Below, one piece after another: positions 9,285 through 18,134 of a DNA stretch of 64,000 nucleotides (the first letter of the stretch is position 1; every line of letters begins with the position of its first letter). Below the pieces are notes generated by a model, which was not told the DNA's origin, made no database searches, and was given only the letters and a program-made list of their open reading frames with translations. Origin of the DNA: an uncultured Spirochaetota bacterium (GTDB taxonomy: Bacteria; Spirochaetota; Spirochaetia; SZUA-6; Fen-1364). A program made the translations under genes and the position numbers. The stretch is taken from assembly GCA_963734545.1 (NCBI GenBank), contig CAVTHO010000007.1:320001-384000 (forward strand). The letters run 5' to 3'.

Positions 9285-11192
9285 CTACTTGAGCTGATCC
9301 AGTAGTTTCTGCGCCTCGTCCTTGACGTCCGGCTTGGGATTCTTGGCGAGCAGCCGTGTGAGAAGGTCCTTTGCGTCCCTGTTGTTGCCCTCTTTCACGA
9401 ATATCCGGGCAAGCTTGATGTACACGTCCTGGTTGGTGGGATCCTTTGACAGCACGTTCAGAAACGCCCTTTTCGCCTCCGGGAGCTGGCCGGTTTCAGC
9501 GTATGCGAGGGCGAGATTGTACTCGGTGACCTTCGAATCTGGCTGGATGGACAAGGCCTTCGAGAGGTGCGTGATGCTGTCCTGGTACTGCTGCTGGTGC
9601 AGATAGACATTGCCCAGATTGTTCTGCACTTCGTAGGACTCGGGAAGAACCTCCTGCGCCGTGAGGAGGAGGGGAAGCGCCTTGTCCGGCATGCCGCGGC
9701 TGTCGTACATCCCTCCGAGATTGATCAATGCAGGCGCGAACCTCGGGTCCTTCTCCACCGCAATGCCGTAGTATTTCAGCGCGTCATCCACGTTGCCCAG
9801 TTTTTCGTTCGCCAGCCCGAGGATGTAGTTGCCGGATGATGAATTGGGGTCGCGGTCCACCGCTTTCTGCGCGAAGGCGAGGGCCTCCCGCGGCTTTCCC
9901 AGCTTTATTTTCACTGATGCCATGTTGTAGTTGGCCACGGTGCTGTCAGGTTCCTGCGCAAGGGCACGGGTGAATGTGCTCTCCGCGCCGGCGAAATCGC
10001 CGCGCGCCATGTAGGTGGCGCCCAGCTCGCGCATGTACCCGGCGTTGTCCGGCGCGTACTGCGCGGCGAGCTTGAACTCATCCAGCGCGCCGGCAATGTC
10101 GCCCTTGTCGCGGAGGAGGTAGCCGACCATGTAATGGGAGTCGGCGTCGTCTTTTTTCGTCGCGATGGCGGATTTGAAAGCGTCCACTGCCCGCGCCTTG
10201 TCACCGAGCTGCACAAGACTCATGCCGCGGTTGAAATGAGCACGGGTGAAATCGGGACGCAGCGCCACGCATCCCTCGAAAGATTTCTGGGCGTCCGAAA
10301 AAAGCCTGGCGCGATACTGCAGCTTGCCGAGCGCGTACAGGGCGTCCGCGTCGCTGGGATTGAGGCGCGCGGCGGCCTTGTATTCCCGCATGGCGTCCTC
10401 GGAGAGCTTGCGGCTGTCATAGATCTCTCCCAGCGTCTTGTGCGGGAGCCAATTGTCGGGATTCTTGTCGATGGCCTTCTTGGAGAGATCGACCGCTTTC
10501 TGCACGCCTGCCGAATCCGAAGGATTCTCCCTCCACCAGGAAAGCCCTGCAAACGCAAGAGCGTCCGAGTTGTCGGGAGCCAGGGCAACGGCCTGCTCGA
10601 AGGTCTTCCGCGCCTCGTTATACCGGCCCGCATTGAAGGCGGCGGCGCCCTTTTCCATCAGGTCATGGATCTTTTTCTGCAGCTCCTTTTCCTTCGTGGA
10701 GGCGCCTTCGGGCGGCGGCGTGGTCGTCTGCTGAACCACGATCTTCTGCTGCTGGTTTTTCAGCGTGTCAGTGAGTTGCGCGAGCCCTGCCTTGAGCTGG
10801 TCCTGCTGCGCTTTCAGCGCGGCAAGCTCGTTCTGTTTTGCCGCTTCCGCCGCGGCCTTTTTCCGTGCCAGGACATCGTCCAGGGCCGCTTTCACTCTCG
10901 GATCATCGATGCTGAGCTCGTTCAAGACCTTGAGCGCTTCCTCGAACTCGCCCTTTCCGGCGTAATAATCGGCACGCTTCAGGCCCTCAACCACGTTTGG
11001 TCCCGCGGGGGCGGAAACGGGAGGGCGGGTGACCAGGTAAGTCCCGACTGCCACAAGCAGGCAGATTGCCACGATGAGGCCGACCAGCAGAGGCGTGGAG
11101 AGTCTTCGGCCGGATTGGGTGTCCCGTCTCGGTGCGCGCGGCGCGGGGGAGCGGCCGGTGGACCGGCCTTTGTCGTGCGAGGGTGTCTGCAT
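9285..11192 (-). CDS. Membrane-anchored protein with many TPR repeats
   Basis: One N-terminal TM helix (LLVGLIVAICLLVAVGTYLV), a coiled coil, then >10 TPR-type repeats. Confidence 0.9.
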   Translation of the reverse strand: MQTPSHDKGRSTGRSPAPRAPRRDTQSGRRLSTPLLVGLIVAICLLVAVGTYLVTRPPVSAPAGPNVVEGLKRADYYAGKGEFEEALKVLNELSIDDPRVKAALDDVLARKKAAAEAAKQNELAALKAQQDQLKAGLAQLTDTLKNQQQKIVVQQTTTPPPEGASTKEKELQKKIHDLMEKGAAAFNAGRYNEARKTFEQAVALAPDNSDALAFAGLSWWRENPSDSAGVQKAVDLSKKAIDKNPDNWLPHKTLGEIYDSRKLSEDAMREYKAAARLNPSDADALYALGKLQYRARLFSDAQKSFEGCVALRPDFTRAHFNRGMSLVQLGDKARAVDAFKSAIATKKDDADSHYMVGYLLRDKGDIAGALDEFKLAAQYAPDNAGYMRELGATYMARGDFAGAESTFTRALAQEPDSTVANYNMASVKIKLGKPREALAFAQKAVDRDPNSSSGNYILGLANEKLGNVDDALKYYGIAVEKDPRFAPALINLGGMYDSRGMPDKALPLLLTAQEVLPESYEVQNNLGNVYLHQQQYQDSITHLSKALSIQPDSKVTEYNLALAYAETGQLPEAKRAFLNVLSKDPTNQDVYIKLARIFVKEGNNRDAKDLLTRLLAKNPKPDVKDEAQKLLDQLK

Positions 11193-11197
11193 GTGTC

Positions 11198-11887
11198 TCA
11201 GTCCTTGATATCGACGTCCACCGGATCGGTCCGGCCCTTGATTGAATCCACTGACAGGTTTTTCGTATCTTCCCCGGCATTGTTCAGGCTGTTCAGCACT
11301 TCGTTCATCAGCGCCTGCTGCCTGGCAAGGGCGGCCTGCCGGGCCTGCTCCTGATCATCCTGGGCCTGACGGAGGAGGGCGATCAGCTTCTCGATGCTCG
11401 GCCTTTGCGGATCCTGGGGGAGGAGCTGGAGAAAAAGGGTGTAGTCGGCAACGGCACCGCTGTAATTCTGGAGCTGCAGGCGAGCCTGGGCCCGGTTGAG
11501 GTAGCCTTTTGCCAGATCCTTGTTGGCCGCAAGAGCGCTGTTGTACATTTCCTCCGCGAAGGCGAACTCCTTGCGGCTGAAGAAGTCATTTCCCATGTTG
11601 TAATAGAAAAGGTCCTTGAAGGAGGTGGCGACGTTCAATCCCCTCTTGAGGATATCGATTGCCTTCTGCGGGTCTCCGAGCTGCTGGTAGATGATCCCGA
11701 GGTAGAGGTAGATCTTCTCGTTTGAAGGATCTTCATTCAGGGCGCTTTCGAGGAGCGGCTGGGCGTCCCGGGGCTTGTTCTGGACGAATAGCGCCTCGCC
11801 CTTGTCGAAAAAAGCGGAAACGGCGAAGACTGCCCCGCAGGAAAAGAGAAGAAAACCGGCCAGGGTCAATCGCTTTGTCATCTGCAT
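11198..11887 (-). CDS. Exported TPR protein
   Basis: Signal peptide, TPR repeats, C-terminal coiled coil; TATACT -10 box at 11898-11903. Confidence 0.88.
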   Translation of the reverse strand: MQMTKRLTLAGFLLFSCGAVFAVSAFFDKGEALFVQNKPRDAQPLLESALNEDPSNEKIYLYLGIIYQQLGDPQKAIDILKRGLNVATSFKDLFYYNMGNDFFSRKEFAFAEEMYNSALAANKDLAKGYLNRAQARLQLQNYSGAVADYTLFLQLLPQDPQRPSIEKLIALLRQAQDDQEQARQAALARQQALMNEVLNSLNNAGEDTKNLSVDSIKGRTDPVDVDIKD

Positions 11888-12033
11888 GTCCCCTTAGAGT
11901 ATACCGCGCCGCAGGGCACGCGTCGCGCGCGATGATGCACGGAATGCCCTCGTTTCTATCGTCGGTACGGGGTGGGAGAGCTTGACCGTTTTCAACGGGC
12001 GGACAGGCTCCGGGAGGGCCAGGTGCAGGCTTG

Positions 12034-12312
12034 CTACTGCTCCTGGGCGCGCAGATGATCCTGCGCTGTGGCCTGCATGCGCTCATGGATGAAGTCGACC
12101 GTGTCGGATATCTTCTGGATCTTCTCGCCTGCGTCATCCGCGATCGAAATGCCGAATGCTGCCTCGATTTCGTAGACAATCTCGGCAACGTCCAGTGAAT
12201 CCAGGCCAAGGTCGAATTTGAGATGCTTGTCGGGACTCAATGATGCCCGCTCCATCGAGGTGTGTTTCGAGAGGATATCGATCAGTTTCTCCTGAATCTC
12301 AATTTTATCCAT
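12034..12312 (-). CDS. acpP: Acyl carrier protein
   Basis: DLGLDSLD phosphopantetheine attachment motif; acidic, 92 aa; GAGGAG RBS. Confidence 0.92.
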   Translation of the reverse strand: MDKIEIQEKLIDILSKHTSMERASLSPDKHLKFDLGLDSLDVAEIVYEIEAAFGISIADDAGEKIQKISDTVDFIHERMQATAQDHLRAQEQ

Positions 12313-12342
12313 AAACTGACTCCTCGACTCTGATCTTCTGCA

Positions 12343-12371
12343 TGTATATACGAGTTCCGCATCTTTGTCAA
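12343..12371 (-). promoter_or_regulatory. sigma70-like promoter of acpP
   Basis: Minus strand TTGACA-N17-TATACA. Confidence 0.55.
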
Positions 12372-12427
12372 AGGCCGCGCGGCGCGTTGCACCAGGGTGC
12401 CCGATTCACTATATTCGTGAGCAAGCA

Positions 12428-13099
12428 ATGAGACTCCTCTGCATAGCCGACCATGTGGACCCGCTGATCTACAGCACGGGCCTCAAGACCCGGTACGGCA
12501 ATGTCGACCTGGTCTTGAGCGCGGGAGACCTCACGCTCGACTACTATGACTTCATCGTCAGCACGCTGAACAAGCCGCTGTACTTCGTGTACGGAAACCA
12601 TCACCTGGAAGGGCGGAATGAGGAAGGGATTGCAGCGGATCCCTTCGACAAGAACCGAAACTGCGAGCCGGGGACAGCCTCGGCATGCGGGGCGACATGC
12701 CTGGAGGGAAAAGTCGTGCGGAAGAAGGGGCTCATCCTGGCCGGACTGGGAGGGAGCATCTGGTACAATGGGGGAGAAAACCAGTACACCGACTTCACCA
12801 TGTTTCTCGTCATCCTGCGGATGGTGCCCCGCCTTCTCTGGCACAGGATCATGCACGGAAAGTTTCTGGATATCCTGGTCACCCATTCGCCTCCGTACGG
12901 GATAAATGACCTGCCCGATCCCTGTCACACGGGGTTTCGTGTCTTTCTCTGGTTCATGAGGACATTCAAGCCGAGCTACCTCGTGCACGGACACGTGCAT
13001 TTGTACGACAGGAACGCTGCCCGGGAGGCGCATTACGGAGCAACGACGATTATAAACGCGTATGACCACATCATGATCGATCTGGGGAACACAACATGA
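12428..13099 (+). CDS. Calcineurin-like metallophosphoesterase
   Basis: Motifs ADH, AGDL, GNH, THSPP, HGHVH; start moved to ATG 12428. Confidence 0.9.
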   Translation: MRLLCIADHVDPLIYSTGLKTRYGNVDLVLSAGDLTLDYYDFIVSTLNKPLYFVYGNHHLEGRNEEGIAADPFDKNRNCEPGTASACGATCLEGKVVRKKGLILAGLGGSIWYNGGENQYTDFTMFLVILRMVPRLLWHRIMHGKFLDILVTHSPPYGINDLPDPCHTGFRVFLWFMRTFKPSYLVHGHVHLYDRNAAREAHYGATTIINAYDHIMIDLGNTT

Positions 13100-14028
13100 G
13101 CGACCGAATGTACCAGACCCTTGCGCGCAATGACTTCAGCAAGCTGCGGACGCAGCAGTCCTTCAGGAAGATACTCTCCCTGCTCAAGGCGCAGAAGGAC
13201 GAAATGCTCTCCCTGGGGGACGTACGCTCTCTGCTGCGGCCCGATTCGGAGGTCTACCGGGGAATGCAGACCGTTGCCATCGCGAAGATCATTGGCAGCG
13301 AAGGGCGGTACAGGGATTTCGACAGGGCGTTCCTGCCCCGGCACGACAAGCTGATGGGCCGCTGGATGAGGGTGGACCTGGCGCACTACCAGAATGTCCC
13401 CCTGCCGCCGATACAGCTTTTCGAGATTGGCGGCGTGTACTTCGTGCGCGACGGCAATCACCGGGTGTCCGTGGCCAAGTCGCAGGGGGCGGAGTTCATC
13501 GACGCCGAGGTGATCTCCCTTTCATCGGAGATTTCTCTCTCCTCCCACATGACGCTGGAGGAGCTCAAGCGCGCCGTCATCGACTTCGAGAAGCGCAGGT
13601 TCTTCGAGACCACCCGGCTCGACATCCATCGGCCGGACTGCGTCCTGGAGTTCACCGAGGTAGGGCGCTACGATGAGCTGCTCTGTCACATCAGCGAGCA
13701 CAAGTGGTACATCAATCTCAAGAAGACCGAAGAGATCCCCTTCGAGCAGGCCGCGGTTTCCTGGTACGACCATGTGTACTTCCCGATCATCTCGATCCTG
13801 CGCGAGGCGAAGCTCCTCGCCGCCTGCCCGCAGGCCACGGAGGCGGACCTGTACGTGTTCATCGGCAAGCACTGGAGCGAGCTGAACAGGCGCTATGGAC
13901 CCCTCTTCACGCTGGAGGAGGCGGCCGAGGATTTCACGGTGAGCTCACAGAAGTCCGGTCTCCCGGGAAGGGCCCGCGTGATGTGGGGAAGGCTGAAAAG
14001 CGCGCTGCGGCTCCTCTTCCGCCGCTGA
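13096..14028 (+). CDS. ParB/Srx-like domain protein (DUF4032-type)
   Basis: PPIQLFEIGGVYFVRDGNHRVS ParB/Srx signature; ATGA overlap with the phosphoesterase gene. Confidence 0.8.
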   Translation: MSDRMYQTLARNDFSKLRTQQSFRKILSLLKAQKDEMLSLGDVRSLLRPDSEVYRGMQTVAIAKIIGSEGRYRDFDRAFLPRHDKLMGRWMRVDLAHYQNVPLPPIQLFEIGGVYFVRDGNHRVSVAKSQGAEFIDAEVISLSSEISLSSHMTLEELKRAVIDFEKRRFFETTRLDIHRPDCVLEFTEVGRYDELLCHISEHKWYINLKKTEEIPFEQAAVSWYDHVYFPIISILREAKLLAACPQATEADLYVFIGKHWSELNRRYGPLFTLEEAAEDFTVSSQKSGLPGRARVMWGRLKSALRLLFRR

Positions 14029-14032
14029 CGCG

Positions 14033-14407
14033 TCACCCTCCCTGGACGTAGGCCTCGTATTCCTTTTCCGTCAGCAGGTTCTGAAGCTCGTCCGGGTTTT
14101 TCATCTCGAGCACGATCAGCCAGCCTTCGCCGAGGGGATCCTTGTTGATGAGGGCGCAGCTTTCCTCCGAAGCGAGAACTGCATTCACCTGGGCAACGGT
14201 GCCCGAGACCGGGGCGTAGATCTCGCTCGAGGATTTCAGGGAATCCACCGTGCAGGCCACCTCTCCACGCTCGAGGCGCCGGCCCGGCGCGGGGAGCTCG
14301 ACATAGGCGATATCGCCCAGCTCCCGCTGAGCGAAATCCGAGATGCCGACCTTCGCGCGGCTGCCTTCTGTGAGCACCCAGGTATGGTCTTTCGTGTAGA
14401 ACAGCAT
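14033..14407 (-). CDS. gcvH: Glycine cleavage system H protein (lipoyl carrier)
   Basis: YTKDHTW, VGISDFAQRELGDI, lipoyl-Lys in VDSLKSSSEIYAPVSG, INKDPLGEGW. Confidence 0.93.
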   Translation of the reverse strand: MLFYTKDHTWVLTEGSRAKVGISDFAQRELGDIAYVELPAPGRRLERGEVACTVDSLKSSSEIYAPVSGTVAQVNAVLASEESCALINKDPLGEGWLIVLEMKNPDELQNLLTEKEYEAYVQGG

Positions 14408-14416
14408 GTGTCTGCC

Positions 14417-16900
14417 TCAGTCGAGCAGAGGATTGCCGCCGGAAGCGCCCCCCGGCTCTGAACCGGGACCTCCCCCGTCCAGCGGCTGGCCCGCCATGCC
14501 GCCTCCCCCCTGGAGGTCCGGATTGGCAAGCAGGGAGTTCTTCAGATTCTCCAGCGTCGAGGTCGCCTGGGTGGAATTGTATTCGTCCAGCTCGTCAAAG
14601 GTCTTCGGTTCCGTGCCGGCGAGGAAGACCTCGGTGATGGTTTTCTTGGTGTAGGCGGTCGGCAGGAGCCCGGAGGTCGCGCTGACCACCATGTCCACGA
14701 GCCCCGTTTCGGGCCGGGAAAACCTCTTGGGCGGCAGGTCCTTGTGTATTGCCTTCATGAATCTGGCCCAGGTGGGACCGGCGATGGCGGCTCCCGTCAG
14801 CGCGGTGCCGAGGGACCGGTTTCCCTGGTCGAACCCGTACCAGACAGCGGTGGTGACGTAGGGGGAGAAGCCGACGGTCCAGGCGTCCGACCAGTTCTGG
14901 GTGGTTCCCGTCTTGGCCGCAAAGGGCTGGCCCTTGTCGTTCCAGATGTCGAGCATGCCGCCGACGCCGCCGAGTGTCCCTTCCTTGATGGTGCTTTGCA
15001 GGATGCTCGTCATGATGTAGGCCGTCTGCCTGCTCATGATCTGCGCCGAATCGCCCTTCCTGCTCTCTTTGGCCAGGATCTCCTTTGCCGGCTCCAGGAT
15101 GATTTTTCCATTCCTGTCTTCTATGTACCGGATGGACACCGGCACGACCTCGCGGCCGCCCGTGGCGAAAACAGAGTACGCGCGCGCCATCTCGAGCGGG
15201 GAGACGGTGATGATCCCCAGGCCGAGGGGATAGTACCGCGGAAACCGGCGATCGATCTCCGCCGGGTCCGTGACACCCAGCATCCGGCTCGCTCTCTGGA
15301 TTGCCGCGTCGAACCCGATGCCGTCCAGGACCCTGAGGGAGGGCACATTCATGGATTCCGCCAGGGCGTCACGCAGCAGCACCCTGCCGTGCCATTGTCC
15401 CTTGTAGTTGAGGGGCTCGTAGAGTGTCCCGTCGGCGTTGGTGAACACCACGGGAGCATCCATGATCATCGTCGCGGGCGTGAATTTGCGGGAGTCGATG
15501 GCCGCCGAATAGTAGAGGGGCTTGAAAGCCGATCCCGGCTCGACCTCCGACTGCGTGGCCCGGTTGAACTGGTCCGCGCTGGAGAACTGCCGTCCTCCCA
15601 CCATGGCGAGGATGTATCCATTGGAGGGGTCGATGGAGACCAGCGCACCCTGCACCTGGGTCTTGCGCGTGACGGCGAGGCCCGAATCGATTCCCGAGGA
15701 CACGATGGCCTGCGCCTTCTGGAGGGAGAAAAGCGACGCGACCATCTCCACGACAGGCCCCATCTTCCTGGCATAGTCCCGCTTGGCGTTCCCGGTGGCG
15801 TTCCGGTTGCGGTACATCAGGTCATCGATGTCGAAGGAAAGCCCGAGCATGTCGATGAGCGGAAGGTATGACGCGTTGGAAGCCGCGATCTTGGCCCCGG
15901 AGCTGGAGAGATAGAGGGAGTTCACCTTGTCGATGTCTTCCGCCATTCTCTTGTCCGCTTCCCTCTGGTAGTCGAGGTTGAGCGTGGTGTGCACCACCAG
16001 GCCGTCGGTGAGATAGTTGTACGATCCGACCAGGAGGTCCTCCAGCTGGCCCCTGATGTACTCGCTGAAGTACGGTGCCTTGTCTTCCCTGTCGAGAAAC
16101 GCGCTGCTGTTGGACCGCGTATAGTCGTACTTTGTCCAATACTCGTCGAAGGAGTCGTCCGCCTCCTTCTTTGCCACGTAGCCCAGCTTGACCATCTGGT
16201 CGAGAATTTCCCGCTGGAGACGCCGCGCCCGCTGCGGGTTCTTGATGGGGGAGTTGACCGACGGGCTGGCAAGCTGGATGACGAGCATGGCGGATTCCGC
16301 GACCGTGTCCTCCTCGACGGGATGCTTGAAAAAGAACTTGCTGGCCGCCTGAACGCCCTGGGTCCCGGCCCCGAAGGGCATCTCATTGAGGTACATCTCC
16401 ATGATCTCTTGCTTGGTGTAGCGCCGCTCCATCTGGATGGCCCACCACAGCTCCACCAGCTTGCGCTTGATGGAAATGTCCGTCCTGTCCGCATAGAGCC
16501 TGCCGGCGAGCTGCTGGGTGATGGTGCTCGCGCCGGAGACGTATCGGCCCGTCATGATGTTGAAAAGCGCCCGGGTCAGACCACGGAGGCTGAACCCGTG
16601 GTGGGAATAGAAGTTCCTGTCCTCCCGGGTCAGCAGGGCGTCAACGAGGTGCTGGGGCACCTGGTCGATCGTGATCGGCTCCCGGCTCTGCTCGCCGAAG
16701 AACTGCGTAATCTCCCTGTCGTTGATGTCGAGTATCTTCGTGGGGAGGGCGGGCTGATGCTCGCCGAACTGCTCTTTCACGGAAATGTTGCGCGTGGCCG
16801 CCAGGGCGATGCCCAGTGTCACTCCCAGAAGAATGGCCACTGCAAAAGACACTATCAACAATGTCTCGAAGACCGTGTTCTTTTTCGGGTTCAGATGCAC
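14417..16900 (-). CDS. mrcA: Class A penicillin-binding protein (PBP1A family)
   Basis: TM anchor; transglycosylase motifs EDRNFYSHHG, GASTITQQ; transpeptidase motifs SAFK, SMN, KTG. Confidence 0.93.
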   Translation of the reverse strand: MHLNPKKNTVFETLLIVSFAVAILLGVTLGIALAATRNISVKEQFGEHQPALPTKILDINDREITQFFGEQSREPITIDQVPQHLVDALLTREDRNFYSHHGFSLRGLTRALFNIMTGRYVSGASTITQQLAGRLYADRTDISIKRKLVELWWAIQMERRYTKQEIMEMYLNEMPFGAGTQGVQAASKFFFKHPVEEDTVAESAMLVIQLASPSVNSPIKNPQRARRLQREILDQMVKLGYVAKKEADDSFDEYWTKYDYTRSNSSAFLDREDKAPYFSEYIRGQLEDLLVGSYNYLTDGLVVHTTLNLDYQREADKRMAEDIDKVNSLYLSSSGAKIAASNASYLPLIDMLGLSFDIDDLMYRNRNATGNAKRDYARKMGPVVEMVASLFSLQKAQAIVSSGIDSGLAVTRKTQVQGALVSIDPSNGYILAMVGGRQFSSADQFNRATQSEVEPGSAFKPLYYSAAIDSRKFTPATMIMDAPVVFTNADGTLYEPLNYKGQWHGRVLLRDALAESMNVPSLRVLDGIGFDAAIQRASRMLGVTDPAEIDRRFPRYYPLGLGIITVSPLEMARAYSVFATGGREVVPVSIRYIEDRNGKIILEPAKEILAKESRKGDSAQIMSRQTAYIMTSILQSTIKEGTLGGVGGMLDIWNDKGQPFAAKTGTTQNWSDAWTVGFSPYVTTAVWYGFDQGNRSLGTALTGAAIAGPTWARFMKAIHKDLPPKRFSRPETGLVDMVVSATSGLLPTAYTKKTITEVFLAGTEPKTFDELDEYNSTQATSTLENLKNSLLANPDLQGGGGMAGQPLDGGGPGSEPGGASGGNPLLD

Positions 16901-16906
16901 TCAAAA

Positions 16907-16936
16907 AGAATAAGAAGCTTGGGGGGGGCATGTCAA
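16907..16936 (-). promoter_or_regulatory. sigma70-like promoter of PBP1A, probably leaderless
   Basis: Minus strand TTGACA-N18-TATTCT, ending 6 nt before GTG 16900. Confidence 0.6.
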
Positions 16937-16970
16937 TGGTGCGAGGGCCCTGTCACGCCCTTCACTGTGT

Positions 16971-17081
16971 GCGGAGTACCGCTCAAATCACCGGGAGCGG
17001 CCTCCGGCCGCGGTCGTGATTTGTGCGGGTACCGCTCAAATCACCGGGAGCAGCCTGCGGCTGCCGGTCGTGATTTGTGCG
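16971..17081. repeat. Two tandem ~48-bp nested palindromic units (period 53)
   Basis: 16980-17027 and 17033-17081: CGCTCAAATCAC…GTGATTTGTGCG outer arms with inner GCGGCC/GGCCGC or GCAGCC/GGCTGC stems. Confidence 0.9.
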
Positions 17082-17085
17082 CGAC

Positions 17086-17119
17086 AAAAAAAGAGGCCGA
17101 CTCCCGAAGGAGCCGGCCT
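17086..17119 (-). terminator. Rho-independent terminator
   Basis: Minus strand AGGCCGGCTCC-TTCG-GGAGTCGGCCT followed by C and T7. Confidence 0.9.
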
Positions 17120-17183
17120 GCCTGATGTGGTGCCTTTCGACATAGTAAACTGGGAGGGGAACTACATCTAGGACACCAACACC
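17086..17183 (-). ncRNA. Candidate small RNA: long hairpin with C-rich loop plus terminator
   Basis: TGGTGTC/GGCACCA and GATGTAGT/ACTATGTC stems around loop TCCCCTCCCAGTTT; no ORF; promoter-like motif directly upstream. Confidence 0.55.
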
Positions 17184-17187
17184 TTTC

Positions 17188-17216
17188 TTATCGTCATTAA
17201 GTTCCCGTCAACTTTA
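17188..17216 (-). promoter_or_regulatory. sigma28 (FliA)-like promoter
   Basis: Minus strand TAAA-N17-GACGATAA versus consensus TAAA-N15/16-GCCGATAA; spacing is 1-2 nt long. Confidence 0.4.
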
Positions 17217-18134
17217 ATTCTTTTTCATGGCGAGCAGCTGGTAGGGATCCCGCGTCCCTGCCTTTGTCCGCATTTCGAAGTGCAAATGGGGACCCGTTGC
17301 GCGCCCCGTCCGGCCCACGGATCCGATGATCGCTCCTGTGGTGACCTTCTGTTTCATAGTAACACAAATCGAGGAAAGGTGTCCATAGACCGTCTGATAG
17401 CCGCCGGGATGGGTAATGACCACGAAATTGCCCAGAACGTCGTTTGCGCCCACCTCATCCACGGTTCCGTCGCGCGCCGCATGCACCCCGGTTCCATCGG
17501 AAGCTCCGAAATCCATGCCGCTGTGAAACTCCGGGCTCCCCGTGAACGGGTCCTTGCGCCAGCCGTACATCGAGGTGATCTGCGGCTTGTCAATGGGAAG
17601 CCGGAAGAGGATACCTAGGAAATAGGATCGCTCCATGGGAGTAAATGCTTCTCCCGGGAAGAAATACACGGCATCCGCCCGCCCGTCCCGCATGACGACC
17701 AGCGACTGGGCCTTTTTCCCGTCGGCGATCCGGGTGGCGAGCATCATGTTCTCGAGGTCTCCGCGCGGGGGGTTGCTGAGGAACAGGCCTTCCTGGCTGG
17801 GAATCAGAATTCGTGATTTTGCCCCGAATGCGGCTTTTCCCGCCGTTCCGTTCAGGGTCGCAAGAGTGTCATAACGCATCCCCATCCGGGCATTGAGGGA
17901 GAACAGATCATCCGCGCCTCTCTTGGGATACTCGAAGATGTCCACCGGAGGGAAAACCACCTCGCCCCTGATCTGGGAAAGCCTGCGAAACTCCTCCAGC
18001 GCCGACTGCTGCTGGACGAAAAGGGCGTCATCCCGGCTCAGCGCGCGAATCTCGGGGTACTCATGCGCGGCGGCGCCTGCGGACGCGATCTGGAGACAGC
18101 AGAACAGGGTGGTGAGGGCGACCGTGCGTTTCAC
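17214..18134 (-). CDS. M23 family peptidoglycan metallopeptidase
   Basis: Signal peptide; HSGMDF, YGHL, TGPHLHFE. Confidence 0.92.
   Translation of the reverse strand: MKRTVALTTLFCCLQIASAGAAAHEYPEIRALSRDDALFVQQQSALEEFRRLSQIRGEVVFPPVDIFEYPKRGADDLFSLNARMGMRYDTLATLNGTAGKAAFGAKSRILIPSQEGLFLSNPPRGDLENMMLATRIADGKKAQSLVVMRDGRADAVYFFPGEAFTPMERSYFLGILFRLPIDKPQITSMYGWRKDPFTGSPEFHSGMDFGASDGTGVHAARDGTVDEVGANDVLGNFVVITHPGGYQTVYGHLSSICVTMKQKVTTGAIIGSVGRTGRATGPHLHFEMRTKAGTRDPYQLLAMKKN

Noticed and set aside
17086-17183. Riboswitch controlling PBP1A, or tRNA/SRP/6S RNA
   Set aside because: No recognisable aptamer, cloverleaf or SRP motif, and PBP1A has its own promoter downstream of the terminator. Not fully excluded without an Rfam search.
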